Of a stretch of 64,000 nucleotides of DNA, positions 11,898-25,515 are shown piece after piece. The translations under genes and the position numbers were made by a program. The notes under the pieces are model-generated. The model did no database searches. It was not told where the DNA came from and saw only the letters and a list, made by a program, of their open reading frames with translations. The first letter of the stretch is position 1. Every line of letters begins with the position of its first letter. Source of the stretch: Lama glama (taxonomy: Eukaryota); the NCBI GenBank assembly GCA_028534125.1, contig CM052816.1:89282001-89346000 (forward strand), written 5' to 3'.

Positions 11898-14800
11898 GTA
11901 AGTATTTATTTATTTGTTATTTGTTTGTTTTTTTTTTTCCCTCTTCTGGGAAACTGTGGAGTGAGATGAGGGTAAGGTTGGAGTTGGATTTGAAGAGGCA
12001 TGGAACTTGAAGTGAATTACGTTATAGAATGCTATTATCTAAAGTAAGTAGTTTAAAATAATGATTATAAAAAATGAACTTCACCAATCATGTCACATCT
12101 CCCTAAATATTGGTCCATATGTACTAGACTAAATGTTTTTGTCCCGGCATATTACTCTTTCTGTTCTCTCACGTAACATGGAAACCCTTAATTAAACACA
12201 CAATTGAGTAAGTTTGTCTTTAGTACTTTGAAGGGATACTGGAATTCACGATGTCATTTATTGATATATTGATATTGACAGTTTTTTTCATCTATTGCTA
12301 TTGCACACGAGGCTAAAAAGAAGACAGTGTATACAAGACATCTAATATATTTCTGTTAATTGTTACAAAGAGAGTATTTGAACTTAACTCAGCCTTTAAA
12401 AGCACATGGATATTTTTCCAATCCTCCAAATTAAGTTACATAAAAATGTTGATACATTTTAAGTTGAGATTAAATACACACTGGATGTACAGGTTTTGTT
12501 AGAAATCCTAAAAGAATGAAGTTGACAAAAATGATCAGCAGCTTCAGAACAGCTTCACTGTCTCTCAGAAATACAGACAGGACAATTTAATGGCTATGGG
12601 GGATTGTGTGCTCAGTAATAGGAGACCCAGTTTCAGCACGCATCACCGAGGCTCTCGGGTAAAGAACAGAGTGGGAAGTGGAGAGGTCTAGCTTGGAATA
12701 AATTACTGATTGTTGGAAGCAGCCACACTTAGGTTTGTCCAGCACCTGGGGGAGAAGCAGCACGCGCATCGTGACTGCAGGCTCCGTGACTTCCATCTCC
12801 CCGTTTGACTATTTATTTTCACTTTAGCACTGTTAGTACTAAAAAAAAGAGAGAGAAAAAAAAGTACTTCATCCAAGCCATGGTGTTTCCCTAATGTACA
12901 GGCAGTACAGGATCACAAGCCATCTGTTCTATCCGTCGTCCAACAGGGACTGGGTTGCAGCTGTATTTTCCATACAAGGCAGGAGCTATGGAGTCAGAAT
13001 GCAAAACACACAAAAAAGGTCTGTAGCAATTCTGTCCTTTTCTTACATGCTTATTAAAATGAGACAAAAAGCCCTTCATCTTCATTCTATACTTTTCTTC
13101 CCTGCAATGTATTCCACGAAGTAAATGGAAACAAATACACTAAAATAAAAACAGAATATATTGAATTATTAGGAATTTGTTTTTGTTATGAACTTCAAAA
13201 ATCATTTTTCTGTAATCCTTTCAATCTTTGAAAAGGAGCGAAAAAAGGAACAGATTTTTTTGTCCTTGTTAGGAGTATACCAAAAGGAAATACGTATATA
13301 TACACACATACATATCTACTCTTAATATATTTTGTTATGCATGTTTCCTAACATTTTAATGTAACTAAGAAACAAAAAACCTGCTAGAAAGGGGCAAGAA
13401 AAGATTAGACAGCTTCTCATTTTGGGGCGGACTTGTCACTAGCTTTAGTACAAGATAAAACCTCAATAGGTAGATTAGTTACAAGTGATCTTTCTGGGCG
13501 TGGGTGCCAGTGACCATATGGTTGAGAGCTTGTTACTCATCAGGAGAAGGTGAGGTCTGTGAAACTGTCCTTTGTGGAGGTTTTGTGGGATTTGATATCC
13601 AATCTATTGTTTGTAGTATTAACTGATAAAAGGTTGTGGTCCTCTCATGCCCTATCTGAGCTGGGCCCCCTCACTCACTCAGTTTTTCTACTCAATACTC
13701 ATCTGCCTTTATGAGCAATTCAAACCTGGTTGTACCCATTTTTGTCCCTTCATCATCCACCCCACCATATGTACATGTACACACATATATCATACATACA
13801 CACATACAAGCACACGTACATACATACATATATAACTGTGACCAAAAAAACCCTGCAAAGCTTAACAATGCACATGTCCTTATAATAATGCCCTCCTGTC
13901 CCATTATTTTTAAGAAGTGAATTTATATTTCACACTGATAAATACATTCATAATGAACCAACCATATATTTTCAAGGTATTCCTGAATAAAAGATAGAAT
14001 CATTGCAATTTCTATGAACAAGAGAAGGGAACACCTCCAAACAGCTGAAAAGCATCTCCTTAGCTTCTCCCTGTCAAAGAAATGCCAGCCAGGATTCTGT
14101 CAACAGAAACGAAATAAGAATCATAGAATGCAGTTCTGTTATTAAAATAATATTTTCTAGATTCATTATATAAGTTTGTTTTAAATTGTTTCAAATTATC
14201 CTTGAGTTCTTAACTGTAATTTTGTGTATCTGTAGTTACATATTACACTCTAAAACATCATCATCTGAACGTTTGATAAGAGCTCAAGCCTAACTGTTTT
14301 GACACTTACCAACTTCTCTTATATTTTTTATAATAATCCTCTTAGGCTTTCTTACTTAATGATTTGATTTATTATGAAGGAACTTATTCTGTTGACATTG
14401 GTCAGCATATATTATTCACTCCTAAGACATATTTTTATGAGGATAAGGCCATGATCATAAGGCAATTTCTAATGGTAAATAGTACAACTATATATATATA
14501 TATACATGTGTAATGTATCTACTGTCTATATATTAAATATATATACAATTATACATATATACTGATAAATAGAATTGATAATCCATAATTTTTTTCCAGA
14601 ATGCAATGGCCGTGAGCAGTCAAATACCAAAACTAGTATATAAATATATCTCATGGATTTGATCTCACGGACTTGTTAAAGACCTTTTTAAAAATACTTG
14701 AAAGGTTAGAGTAAGCACGTTTGTTAGCAAGTAAGTCAAGTAAGTCCTTTCTTCTTGGAACAAATTATATGATAATATCATTATAGGTTTTAAAAGATCG

Positions 14801-15009
14801 TGTTCTTTCTTTTCCAAACATCATGTAGAAACTAACATAGACCACCTGGTCTAACCTTTTTTTTTTTCATTTTTCAGAAGTTGAACAGCACTGAATGAAT
14901 CCCATTATAACAAAGAATGTAATTTTATATGAGATACAACACACTTCCTAAAATGCTGGCCACATATCACACCTATCATTGCAGTAGACTCATTGCCTTC
15001 GTGAGATAA

Positions 15010-15170
15010 TACTGATTAGTGAGTAAAGATCCAGGTTTCAGTTAAGGCTTCTCTGCTTATTAACTGTATTTACAACTGGCAAGTCTCTTTAATCCCCTGC
15101 ATTTCTTTCTTCTTAATGTAACACTGAGAAATCTCGCTTGACCTTTCTATGAAGAATTTAAGTGTGTTAT
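15010..15170 (+). mobile_element. MIR remnant
   Basis: ctctgcttattaactgt...ggcaagtctctttaatcccctgcatttctttct...tgtaa resembles the MIR core. Confidence 0.55.
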
Positions 15171-15194
15171 AAACTTTGGTTTATAGTTTAGATT

Positions 15195-15522
15195 ATGGGT
15201 CAGTTAAACAGCCACCTGTGTACCAGACTCATCCAGTTGCATATTTTGGTATTGCCTGCATACTAAAATTTTATTTTTTTAAGATTTTTTTAACTACTAA
15301 AAATTTTTTAAATACTATTTTGTGACACATAGAAATTAAATGAAGCCCAACCTCAGTTTCCATAAACAATGTTTTATTGGAATACAGCCAGACTTGCATC
15401 TGTGTATTGCATGTGGCTGTTTTCAAGCTACAGTGGTTGGACTGAGTAGTGATAAGAGAGTAAGGTCTGCAAAATCTAAAGTATTTCCTAATGACCATTA
15501 CAGAAGGCATTTGAAACCCCTG
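15195..15522. mobile_element. hAT-Charlie non-autonomous DNA transposon (MER58-like)
   Basis: gttttattggaatacagcca...tgtggctgttttcaagctacagtgg...ctgcaaaatctaaagtattt...acccctg end. Confidence 0.8.
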
Positions 15523-15829
15523 GAAAGGTATCTGCCTCACCTCGTAGACTGTGAATGCTTTGGAAGCAGATTCTGAGACTATTTCATCTTTATTTACACA
15601 GACTGTATCTCAATACCTATTGTAATGATCAGATGTGCTAATTCACAGAAAAGGGCTCCTTCAACCATAACTTTTTGCAGTCATTGTTAATACTTGTAAT
15701 AATTATTTGAAGTTATTCAGACAAAAGTCTCTCTCACTAATCATTGCTTTCATGGAGGTGAGAATTTTGAGGGTTCTTTACTTCCCCAATTTCACACTGG
15801 TGTTCCCTCTCCCATCATTATTTTAATGA

Positions 15830-16440
15830 ATGTTCATTACCTCTTGGTGTTTTTGTTTTCACTGTTGTTGTTTTCTTGCATTATATGCAGTAGTGTAACG
15901 AATGTCCTCGGACACACATCATTTAGCATACATGCGGGTATATCTGTGGGAGAAATTTTCAGAAGTGGAATTGTGATTCAAAAATAAATACATCTTTAAT
16001 TTTGGTAGATATTACCAGATCCTCCTCCTAAGGTGTTAGAGTATCTTGCACCTCTCTTGGTGATTATATAATAGTAACTATTTCTCTGCAGCAATGCCAA
16101 CAGGTGGGATTGTAAAAGTTGGAATTTTGCAAATATAACAAGTGAAAAATTGCATCTCTGTGTACTTTCAACTTACATTTCTCTTATGAGTGAAATTGGT
16201 CACTTTTTCATAGTTGAGGAGATATGAGTATTTCTTTTATACTAACTGACTCTTCAGGCCCTTGCTTTGTATTCTTTTGCTAGTCTTTTAACATGTAATA
16301 CTAATCGCTCTTTATGTAATAGATGTAATAATTCTTTGCTAGTGTTATGTTATCAATGATTTTTTCACAGTTGCCATTTGTCTTTTGATTTGGTCTACAA
16401 TTTTTGCTTTATAGAAATGTATTATTTTAATCTAATAATT
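15830..16440 (-). mobile_element. Ancient L1 (L1ME-like) ORF2 3' remnant
   Basis: agaagtggaattg, tttaattttggtagatattaccagat and catttctcttatgagtga are typical of old antisense L1. Confidence 0.7.
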
Positions 16441-17083
16441 CTTACTGTTCCTTTGACTAAAACTATATATTTTCTTACTTGGATTCTTCTAATAGTTGAG
16501 ACTATTGCTGTTCAGAATTAGTGGCAGTAGATAAAAAAAGCATTCTTCAGGTCTTATCTAGTTTATCACATGTGCTAGAAAAATATTACTTACCGAATAA
16601 AAAGAATCATGTAGAAGTGAAATTTCTTATTTTAGAGATCAGAAATTATAATTTAGAGTACATATGAATGCTTATTTTAGCCTTTAGCTATTGGCTGTAT
16701 TGCATATATGTCTCATATTTACCAACAGAATGTATCCTTGTGTTGTAATTGCAAAGTCTATTGACTCTTACTGGTACATGCTAGGGATATTAAAATATGC
16801 ATAATTATTAGAATTTAACTAAGGATATGCATTGGAAATAATGTCTCTTAACGCACAATTACTGGCAATAAACTTTGTATATTTCAAGTGATAATTGCTT
16901 GTGATTAGCTAGGTGTTCTCCGTAAATGCATATTATTTTCATTTTAAAAACATTATAGATAATTTCTTTAATTGGCCAAACATTCTTGTATAATAAATAA
17001 AGGAAGTGCTATGCTTACTTCAGGGTATCTGTCAGTGGGTATTATCCACATTGCATTATCTGATAATTAAAGACAATAGAACA

Positions 17084-17260
17084 GAGGGTGAGGGGATAGC
17101 TCAAGTGGTAGAGCCCATACTTAGCATGCAGAAGGCAGTGGGTTCAATCCCCAGTATCTCTATTAAAATAAATAAGTAAGTAAAAAACTAATTACTCCCC
17201 CCAAAATAAAAATAAGGTTAAAATTAAAAAAAAAACTTATAAACATAAAAAATACAAAAA
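17084..17260 (+). mobile_element. tRNA-derived SINE, Vic-1-like (camelid)
   Basis: A box TAGCTCAAGTGG (17097-17108), B box GGTTCAATCC (17141-17150), ctaattactcccc tail motif and A-rich tail. TSD taaagacaatagaaca (17068-17083) / taaagagaatagaata (17261-17276). Confidence 0.88.
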
Positions 17261-18780
17261 TAAAGAGAATAGAATAAAAAAATCACAAACAAAAGGTAAA
17301 ACACCAAAATGTGTGTTACTACTTAGCAGTGTGCTTTAGGCTAAGAGATATAATTTGTTAACTATTTTACATTGGGGTTTGGGCTATATTGACATTAAAG
17401 ATATATTTGATAATAAAAGTTAATAAGAACTTAGATTTTTTCAGAATAAGCAAATGAATTCTGCTATTTCCACTTCCTTTAATTTGTGGTGTATATTTTT
17501 ATAATTGTTAGAAGTTTTTCTAGATATAAACTATCATCTGTAGAAAATATTGCTTTTATCTATCAAGAATTTAGTTACTCAGAAACTACCTCTCTTACTC
17601 CCCTCTGTACCCACGTCCCATATGTGTGAGTAGGTAAGTGTAGTTTCTAGGCAGTTATTCACAACTTGCTCTGCTAAAAACATCAACACATAGAGAGTAA
17701 AAAAGGAATTGTAGCAGTATAAAGGAGCTAAGAAATCGTCTTGCCAAATTCCTCAAGTAATAGAAGGTGCTCAAAACAGGTAAGTGACCTCTTCATGGGA
17801 AGAGGGATTCGTTATGGCAGTGCCAAAGAGCAAACTGTAAGATACCCGAGTCTTCAGTGAAAATCAGTTTCGAGTATATAGTGCATGGGGTTCCCCTCTC
17901 ATCACCCCTATTACTGCCATTATTTGACATCTTTTTCTTTCTTTAAAAAAGAACTCTGAAATCTCTTTTAATATGAAGTACTGTAGCTTCAAATTAAATA
18001 AATGATTTTGAGGTTAAAGAGAGAATAAATTATGTAAAAAGGAATGAGAAGGTTCAGGCTTTTCAGAAAAAAATGACCGCTTTAATGTCATCATGAACTC
18101 TGAATTAAAAATTAAATGCACAGCAAGTAAAGGTCCCAATTGTCATCTAATACTGTCCAGATGATAATTTTATGAACATTTTTATCATAACTTCTTTGAA
18201 ATGAAAAACTTCCTGTATCAAAACATGACATTTGAATTTTATACAAGTGACAATGTGATGACATGATGTCATGTGAAATTAATTTATGGCGCACAGTTCC
18301 ATATGGATATAGAATTTTCTCAGTAGTCATGGAAATTTAACTATTTAGATCCAGTCCTATAAGAAATTGGGTGTATAAAAGAGGAATTTGATTTGGCATT
18401 TACTTCATTTAATTTGTAGTGATACAGAAACTTTTTTTAAGGAAATCAGATTTCACTAAGTTTATATTTTTAGAGAAAAGTGACATTTACTTAAATTTTA
18501 AAACATTTAAAGTAATTAATAGAATTACTTTATATTTTATAATTCATTTATATTTATAATTTTATTTATTTATATTTTATATTTATAATTCATTATATAT
18601 AATGCTTCTTAATGCTACACTGAAATATTTTTTAAATGTCATTAACATAAACATCAATACAAACCATAAAATATGTTATGGGCACAGTATATGTATTTAT
18701 TCACATTGCAAACTTTATATTATTATACAAACACACCCATCCATGTTTGTGTGCATGTGTATATGTATGTTTGTGTGTAT

Positions 18781-19255
18781 CAGTGATGCTAAACCAGAGG
18801 TGACTTTGACCCCTGGGGGCATTTGGCAATGTCTGGGCACATCTTTCACCCGAGCTAAATTGCCTGTTAGTTTTAGTTGACATAATCACTATAGTCAAAG
18901 ATACTTAAAAGGCTCAGAAAAATGTTTTAATATATTTTTAAATAAGAATGAAATATGAAAATGAATATAATTCAGGCTATATTATATGAGTTTTTATATC
19001 CATGCAATTGCAAACAGAACTTAGTGTTTTAATTGAAAAAAAGAAGACCCACAAAGGCAAAAGGGCCAAGGGTCCATGAAAGTCCTAACGTGGACCTCAC
19101 TTTTGGTTGTGGTAAGTAGGGCTGGGGCGCTACTGGCATTTAGTTAGTAAAGGCAGGGATGCTGCTACACATTCTACAACACGCAGGACAGCCCCCCTTC
19201 CCCACCAAAAAAGAATTATCCAGCCCAAAATGGCAATAGTGCCAGCTTTGATCTG
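18781..19255 (+). mobile_element. MER20 (hAT) split by an insertion
   Basis: 5' part cagtgatgctaaaccagaggtgactttg...catttggcaatgtctgg; 3' part ttttggttgt...gctactggcatttag...gggatgctgctacacattctacaa...aagaattatccagcccaaaatggcaatagtgcc. Confidence 0.85.
18835..19098 (+). mobile_element. MER96B-like hAT element nested in MER20
   Basis: gatactt...aaaatgttttaat...aatgaatataattcaggctatattatatg and end cccacaaaggcaaaagggccaagggtccatgaaagtcctaacgtggacct. Confidence 0.6.
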
Positions 19256-19399
19256 ATATTGACATCCTTATATAACGTTTCTCATGATCAAAATGTTTTT
19301 GAATATATTGTTCATACCATTACATCACTATAATGGTATTTTACATGTGTCATTTATAATACACATGTAGGTGAGTCTTAACTTTTAGTTAGTTGTTTT

Positions 19400-22040
19400 T
19401 TTTTAATGCAATCTGATCATTTATTTTTCTAAGCAATGGCTTTATTCCATTGTTTATTGTGATTTTTAATCCATTTGGACTTATTATTAATCTATTTTGT
19501 ATTTTACTGTTTTCTGTTTGTTTTTTTTTCTCTCCTTTTATTCCACTGTAATGACTTCTTTTGGTGTTTTTCTTCATTGGTTTGAAAGTTTTATGTTGTA
19601 GATTTTGACATTTGTGCTTGATCTTAATGTTTTTGTGCACTGTTGACTTCATATCATAACTTAATGTCTACTTCCTCCTATACAATGACATAGAATGACC
19701 AAATTTTATTACATCATTGTGTTTTCTAATTTTTACATGCTTACTAAGCCAAACTGTTTTTAAATGATTCAATTGCTCATTATTTTTCTTACTGTTACTA
19801 GTATTAATGTATTCAGTATATACTTATTTATGTTTAACATACTTAACATTTTACTCCCTTGACTTCTATTTCAAACTTCTTAGGTTTCTTTTACTTTTTA
19901 CTGAAATATGACTATGCCCAATTTCTTTTTAACATGTACTTTATAAAGCTTAAAATTGATGCCTTTACAACTATCCTAAACAATACAAATATCTTCGGCT
20001 GTTTAAACACTTTCTCCTGTTTCATGTTATAATCTTGTTTCCTTAATTTTTTATAATCTACTTTCCAGATTTTTTTACTATGAAAATCATTTAGACATTC
20101 AGTGTTGCTGAGATGTACCCGTGTTTACCAACATTATTGTTCTCCATTGCTTCCATCCCTGTTCTTTCTCCTGGTTTGATTTTCTTTTGCTTATATACAG
20201 CCTTTACTTTTATTTTTCTATTTAGCCTCGAAGCAATAAAAGTTATCTTTCTTTTTAGTGTTGCATCATTTTTTTTGTGTATAGGATTCTAGGATGACTT
20301 TTTCCATCATTGTTTTATTGAAGGTATATTCTCTACTGGACTCCATGTTAAGTGATGAGAAATCTGCTGAAATTCCTTTTTAAAGTTTTCCTCTTTCCCT
20401 TAGGTTGATTTCAGGATTACCTGTGTCCTTTGTGGTCTGTAGATTTACTAACGTGTCTCGGCTTTGAAGGGCTTTTTTTGGCAGGCGGTGGCTTTCTTTT
20501 TCTTTTTCGTTTTCTTTTTCTTGATCTATGTATTGATTAACTGGAACATCAATTACAAAGTACTATAAACTGAGTGGTTGAACAGCAGAAATGTATTGTC
20601 TCTCAGTTCTGGAGGCTGGATGTCAAATCAAGTTGTCAGCAGGCTTGGGTGCTTCTGTAGTTTCTGAGGGAAGGATCTTTTCCGAGCCTCTCTCCTTGGC
20701 TTGAAGATTGCTGTCTTTGTGTTCACATGATGTTCTCCCTCTATAAGCATCTGTGTCCAAATTTCCTTTTTAATAAGGGCATCAGTCATTTTGGATTAGT
20801 GTCCACTTTAATGTCCTCATTTTAACCTGACTACCTCTATAAAGATCCTATGTTCAAATAAGGTGCTAGGGGTTAGAACCTCAACATATATATTTTGATG
20901 GTATAAACTTCAGCCCATAGCAGAATGAAATCAGTATTTTTGTATGATTATTAGAATTCTTACACTTTATAGGAATATAGCATCCATTATTTCTTTGAAT
21001 TTATTTTTCCTCATTTATTGTTTCATTCTAAAACTTCTATTTGATATCATTTCTGTAAGATTTATTTCTAGCACTCTAATCCTCTCTTCAGCTAAGTTGA
21101 GTAGTTAAGTATATTCTTTGACTTAAATATGAATATTAGCTTGGATTTTTTTTAGTTCTTTTTCTCCTTTTTATATGTGACCTGTCCTTTCATTTTGACC
21201 TTTATTTCTTTCCTTATGACTTTAATTATGGCAGACCACCTATTTCACAGTCTTGTTCAACTACTATTATTTTTGTGCTTGAATAATTCGCATATTTCTT
21301 TGTCTATTCACTATCTGTCACAGAGATTTGATCCTGGTATGCCTTTTAAAATTTTATAATCATCTGTCTTCAATAGTGGGGATAAATGGCAATGAGGATT
21401 TTGGTGGGATTCCTCTAAAATATAGCTTGAGAAATATTTATAGAGAGCAACTTACCTTTTTATTTCCTGATAACCCTTTAGTTTGAAAAATCTGAATAAA
21501 TATTAATTTTTAATTTTAAACTATGGATTCTTATCCATAAGTTTAATGGAAACAGTAACAAAAGAACACTAGCAACACAAAAATGAATCTTTTTTCTAGG
21601 CTGCAAGTTTAGGTTTTAATTTATCACAGGAAACTTTTTTCTACTAAGAGCTCTTAACAGACCACAAGCTTCCTTGCTACTTCTTAAAGCTGGTGGGTAG
21701 AGAGCTCATTTTGATTTCATGGAGTTTGTTTTCAAGCAGTCTGGCTTTGTTCGGATACCTCCATTCTAATTCTATACCTTGAGGAGACTGAAAATAATAG
21801 ATTCTAATCTTCAGGCGATATAAAAACCAAATCTTGGTGCCCATGGCCTGTATCCAGTTTAATTTCCCTTAAAGACAAATTTCTGCCAGTTGGAAATGAC
21901 CTTCTTGGTACTAAGTTCTCTTTTCCTTTCGTCAGTGAATTAGCTCTCAATGTTTCTATCTCAGTTGTATTGTACTTTTAATTTAACACACTGGTTTTGC
22001 TGTTTCTAGTAAGAGGTGTCTTTATTAGCTTTGTCTGCCA
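19400..22040 (-). mobile_element. Highly decayed ancient L1/HAL1-like tract
   Basis: Strongly T-rich + strand with L1-like motifs (ataggattctaggatgac, gtgatgagaaatctgct); interrupted by an MLT1. Confidence 0.45.
20529..20922 (-). mobile_element. MaLR solo LTR (MLT1A-C like)
   Basis: TG...CA ends; acaaagtactataaactgagtgg...agaaatgtattgtctctcagttctggaggctgga...gtccaaatttcc...cagcccatagca. Confidence 0.88.
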
Positions 22041-22754
22041 TTTTTATGATCATATCTTACCTCAAGATTTTTTTTTACATAAAAGCAAGATTTGGATTAG
22101 ATGATCTTTTTAATGTCTCTTCTGGATAGAAAAAATAGTATGTTTTTACCATGCTTCAATATTTTCATGGAGTTGTAGAAATAAAAATTCAAATGTTCCC
22201 AAAAAAGATAAGAGTAGAAATATACTTTCTGAATATCCTATTATATTTCATAACTGATATGGATTGATTTATTTCAACAGGTATTGGACCTAAGGAAATA
22301 AATAGTTTTCAACATAGATATTAGAATGTTCTCAGGAAATCTGTTTTATTATTTTACTGATTTTTATCTAATGAATATTTTAACATTAATTTGCACCAAG
22401 CCTCAAATAACAAAGGCATTTAGTTTGGAAGTTGAGCCTGGAGAATAGTCAAAGACATAGTTTTTTTTTTTTTTTTTAAGTTTCATGAAGAAAATGCCAG
22501 GCATTTATTACAAGAATCACAGAGTGAAATATAATCACTTTCTTTCCTCTAGGATTATGTATGTTTCCTATATATAATTTATTTCACTACATTCATAGAC
22601 ATTAGAAAAAATATGATGTGAAATCCTACACTAAAAAATAAAAAAGTCTAAAATATAAGAAATTAAAATAATAGTGTTTTCTTTTGTTTGCATTGTTTGG
22701 AACTTTAGCTTGATTACAGCTGAGTTTATTTTGACAAAGTTTGAAGACTAGGTT

Positions 22755-24920
22755 ATATTCATTCATTCAGAATTTGTTGAATACCTCTCAGTTTTGGTCA
22801 CTATGCTAGAATTGTTTATATAGTGGTGAATGAGGCAGATATCTTGGGAGACATTGATATTAAGCCAACATTCACATAAAGGAATGTTCAACTATAAACT
22901 GTGACGAGTATTATGAAAGAAGTTGTACTTGGTGTGTAGTGTAAAACCTTGATTGGGAAGAACTCTCTGAGGAAGGGACAGGCCAGCTTCTAAAAATGAA
23001 TAGGAGCTAATTCAACCAAATTCAAAAAATGAATAGCAGCTAATTCAACCTATGCTTGTGTATGACTTTTGAGAATGGTGGTGCATAGTCTGTGTATAGT
23101 GAAAGAGCGATCCTACGATGGGAAGTAGTTTGTGGGTTTGAGGTTCAGAAAGACTGGGAACCTACAATTTAGGGAATAAGAAGTAGAGAAGAGAGAGACA
23201 AGGCTGGACCCAAAAGGGCATAGATGTTACAGGTCCTCTTGAATAAATAATTTTGGGCTTCATATTTAGAGAAATGTGAAGACGTTGTTGACTTAAGAAG
23301 AATGTGGAATCAATATATTTGTTTTATTTATTGCTAAGCAATCACTTGCTTCTATATGAGCAATAGAATCACAGGGAAGAATTTCAGAAAAATCAAAAGT
23401 AGGCTAATTTCTGTAAAGGAGCCAATATATTATAAACTGAGACTAATAGAGCATAATTGGCTCATTTACTTTTCCCTAATGTTTTAAGAGATAATGTATT
23501 TATGGTCGGTATAATGTATTAGCAACTTAGGACAACAGTTGAGTCATACTTGTAAGACGTATATAAGTAACAAGAAATAGGGAAAGGAATATTGGATGGG
23601 TAGCCTTGATTTTTCTACTATGTAATTTTTTGACCTGGGTAAATCAAACTTTCAGAACAAATATTATTATGCACATTAATAAAGGGAATGGATGAGATGA
23701 TTGCAAGAGTCCTATTTGACTTCGAAAAAGTCACTGCTTCAACATGAATTCAGTGTTAATAAAGAATTAACAGCATGCCATGCGTTGTGCTAGATATGAA
23801 GATTACACTAATGAAATATACAATCTCAGTGATTGATGAATAAAGGCAAGAAGAGTAGACAAGTTTAAGAATAAGTGAACACATCACAATGTTAGTGTTG
23901 CAGTAACAGCACTAAGCTTTGGGGATGGTGGTGCAAGAAGATGAGTGGCGTTCTTGACTTAGGTCAACTTATGGAAGGAACCCCAGAAGAGGACGACCTT
24001 GTACTAATATTTTGCTATCAATAGAAAATGAGACAGGGAAAGTATATTAGTTATGAGAGACTTGCAATGGAATTTGAGGAATGACATATCAAAATTGAAT
24101 AAGTAGCATTTAAGGACACACAAAAACAGCAGTTGGAGCACAGATCACATGTGGAGAAGTGGGAGTGGGGATGAAGCTAGAGAGCATGATAGGCCACCGA
24201 GTACCAGGTAGGAGATTCAAAGGAGACTATAGTTTATCCAGAAGTGTTTCAGAATGGATTGAAGGATTTTCAAGGGGGAAGTCACATGAGACATATAAAA
24301 CAAGTTCAAAGGCAGAGGGGATACTCTATCATTGCCCAAATCTAGACTTGAATTTGGTAATTGCAGACAACTTGGAGAGAGTAAATAGATAAATTTTTTT
24401 AAGGATTTATAATTGACAAGATTTTTTGTATATTGATTGCAAGAAAGGGAGATACAGGGCTGTTTGAAGATGTTTGGCAAGCTTCTCATTAAATTGAGGG
24501 GCTAAACAATAAAGGAGGAGGATCATGTCTGGGAGTGAGGGCGACAGGGTTAGGTTTGGATAGTCTATGTCCCAGGTGATTTATGGGCCTGCAGGTAGCC
24601 AGGGATAGAGAGATGCAGAACACTAGAGGAAGGATGTGGTCTAAAGGGTAGAAATGGGAAACATTGGGGTTTAAGTGGTGATTGAAGCCCTGCATAAAAT
24701 TTTAGGGAAACATATGTGGACTCCTGGCTCAGAATAGAATTCTGAGGAACAAAAAGTTTTAAGGGAAAAGAGAAAACTAGGTCTACATAAAGAGTTTGAA
24801 AATAAAGTTCAGCAGAGGAATTAGAAACCATAGAACAGAAATGGAACTGCAGGACATAAGGAAGGAGAAAAATCTCAAGGAGGAGGAAGTGATTGGTGAA
24901 ATCTGAAGCATGAGTGACAA
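22755..24920 (-). mobile_element. L2 remnants (two or more fragments, with a MIR-like piece at ~23570-23730)
   Basis: ttcattcattcagaatttgttgaatacct start; purine-rich L2-like body. Confidence 0.6.
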
Positions 24921-25020
24921 TAAAGTAACATTGTATTGTATACTTAAGAGATTGTTAAAGGGTAGAATTTATGTTGTGCTCTAATCACAAATAATAGTAA
25001 TGATGCATGAGAAGGAAATA

Positions 25021-25515
25021 TTACGTTCTGGGATGCATAGGAGCCCAGACTGCCAGGTGAGGGTCCTTGGCTTTGCTTAGGAAAGAGTTCAAGATCCTAG
25101 CCAAAGTAAAGTGAAAGCAAGTATATTTGGAGAGGTACAGGTTCCATAGGCAGAATGCAGACCATCTCAGAAAGTGAGAGCATCCTTGGGATGTGGGAGT
25201 GATTAGTTTTTATGGACTGGGTAATTTTATAGCAAAGGAGTAGGAGGAATGTTCTATTTTGGGGAAGGGGCAGGGATTTCCAGGAATTGGGCCACTGACC
25301 ACTCTTTGGCCTTTTATGAACAGCCTTGGAACTATCATGGTACCTGTCATGATTCTGGTGGTTATGTCATTTAGTATGCTAATGTATTACAGTAAGCATA
25401 TAATGAGGCTCAAGGTCTACAGGAAGTCAGATATTCTGCTATCTTGGACCTACTTGATTCTAACCACCTTTTGTCATATCTTGTTTTTCTCAACAGCTGT
25501 GTCATTCTTTTAATG
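25021..25515 (-). mobile_element. ERV1-type LTR, cut off by the assembly gap
   Basis: gggtccttggctttgcttaggaaagagttcaag...aaagtgaaagcaagtatatt...gtcatttagtatgctaatgtattac is typical of an antisense LTR (U5, R, U3). Confidence 0.7.

Noticed and set aside
11898..11969. ORF extension giving a hydrophobic tail ([17 protein letters not shown])
   Set aside because: Lies past a consensus GTAAGT donor; T-rich intron sequence trivially encodes hydrophobic residues.
12630..12760. REST/RE1 site
   Set aside because: Only left-half-like matches; the GGACAG right half is missing.
17084..17165. tRNA-Ala-like gene
   Set aside because: Has a SINE tail, A-rich end and TSD, with poorly paired stems; it is a retroposon.
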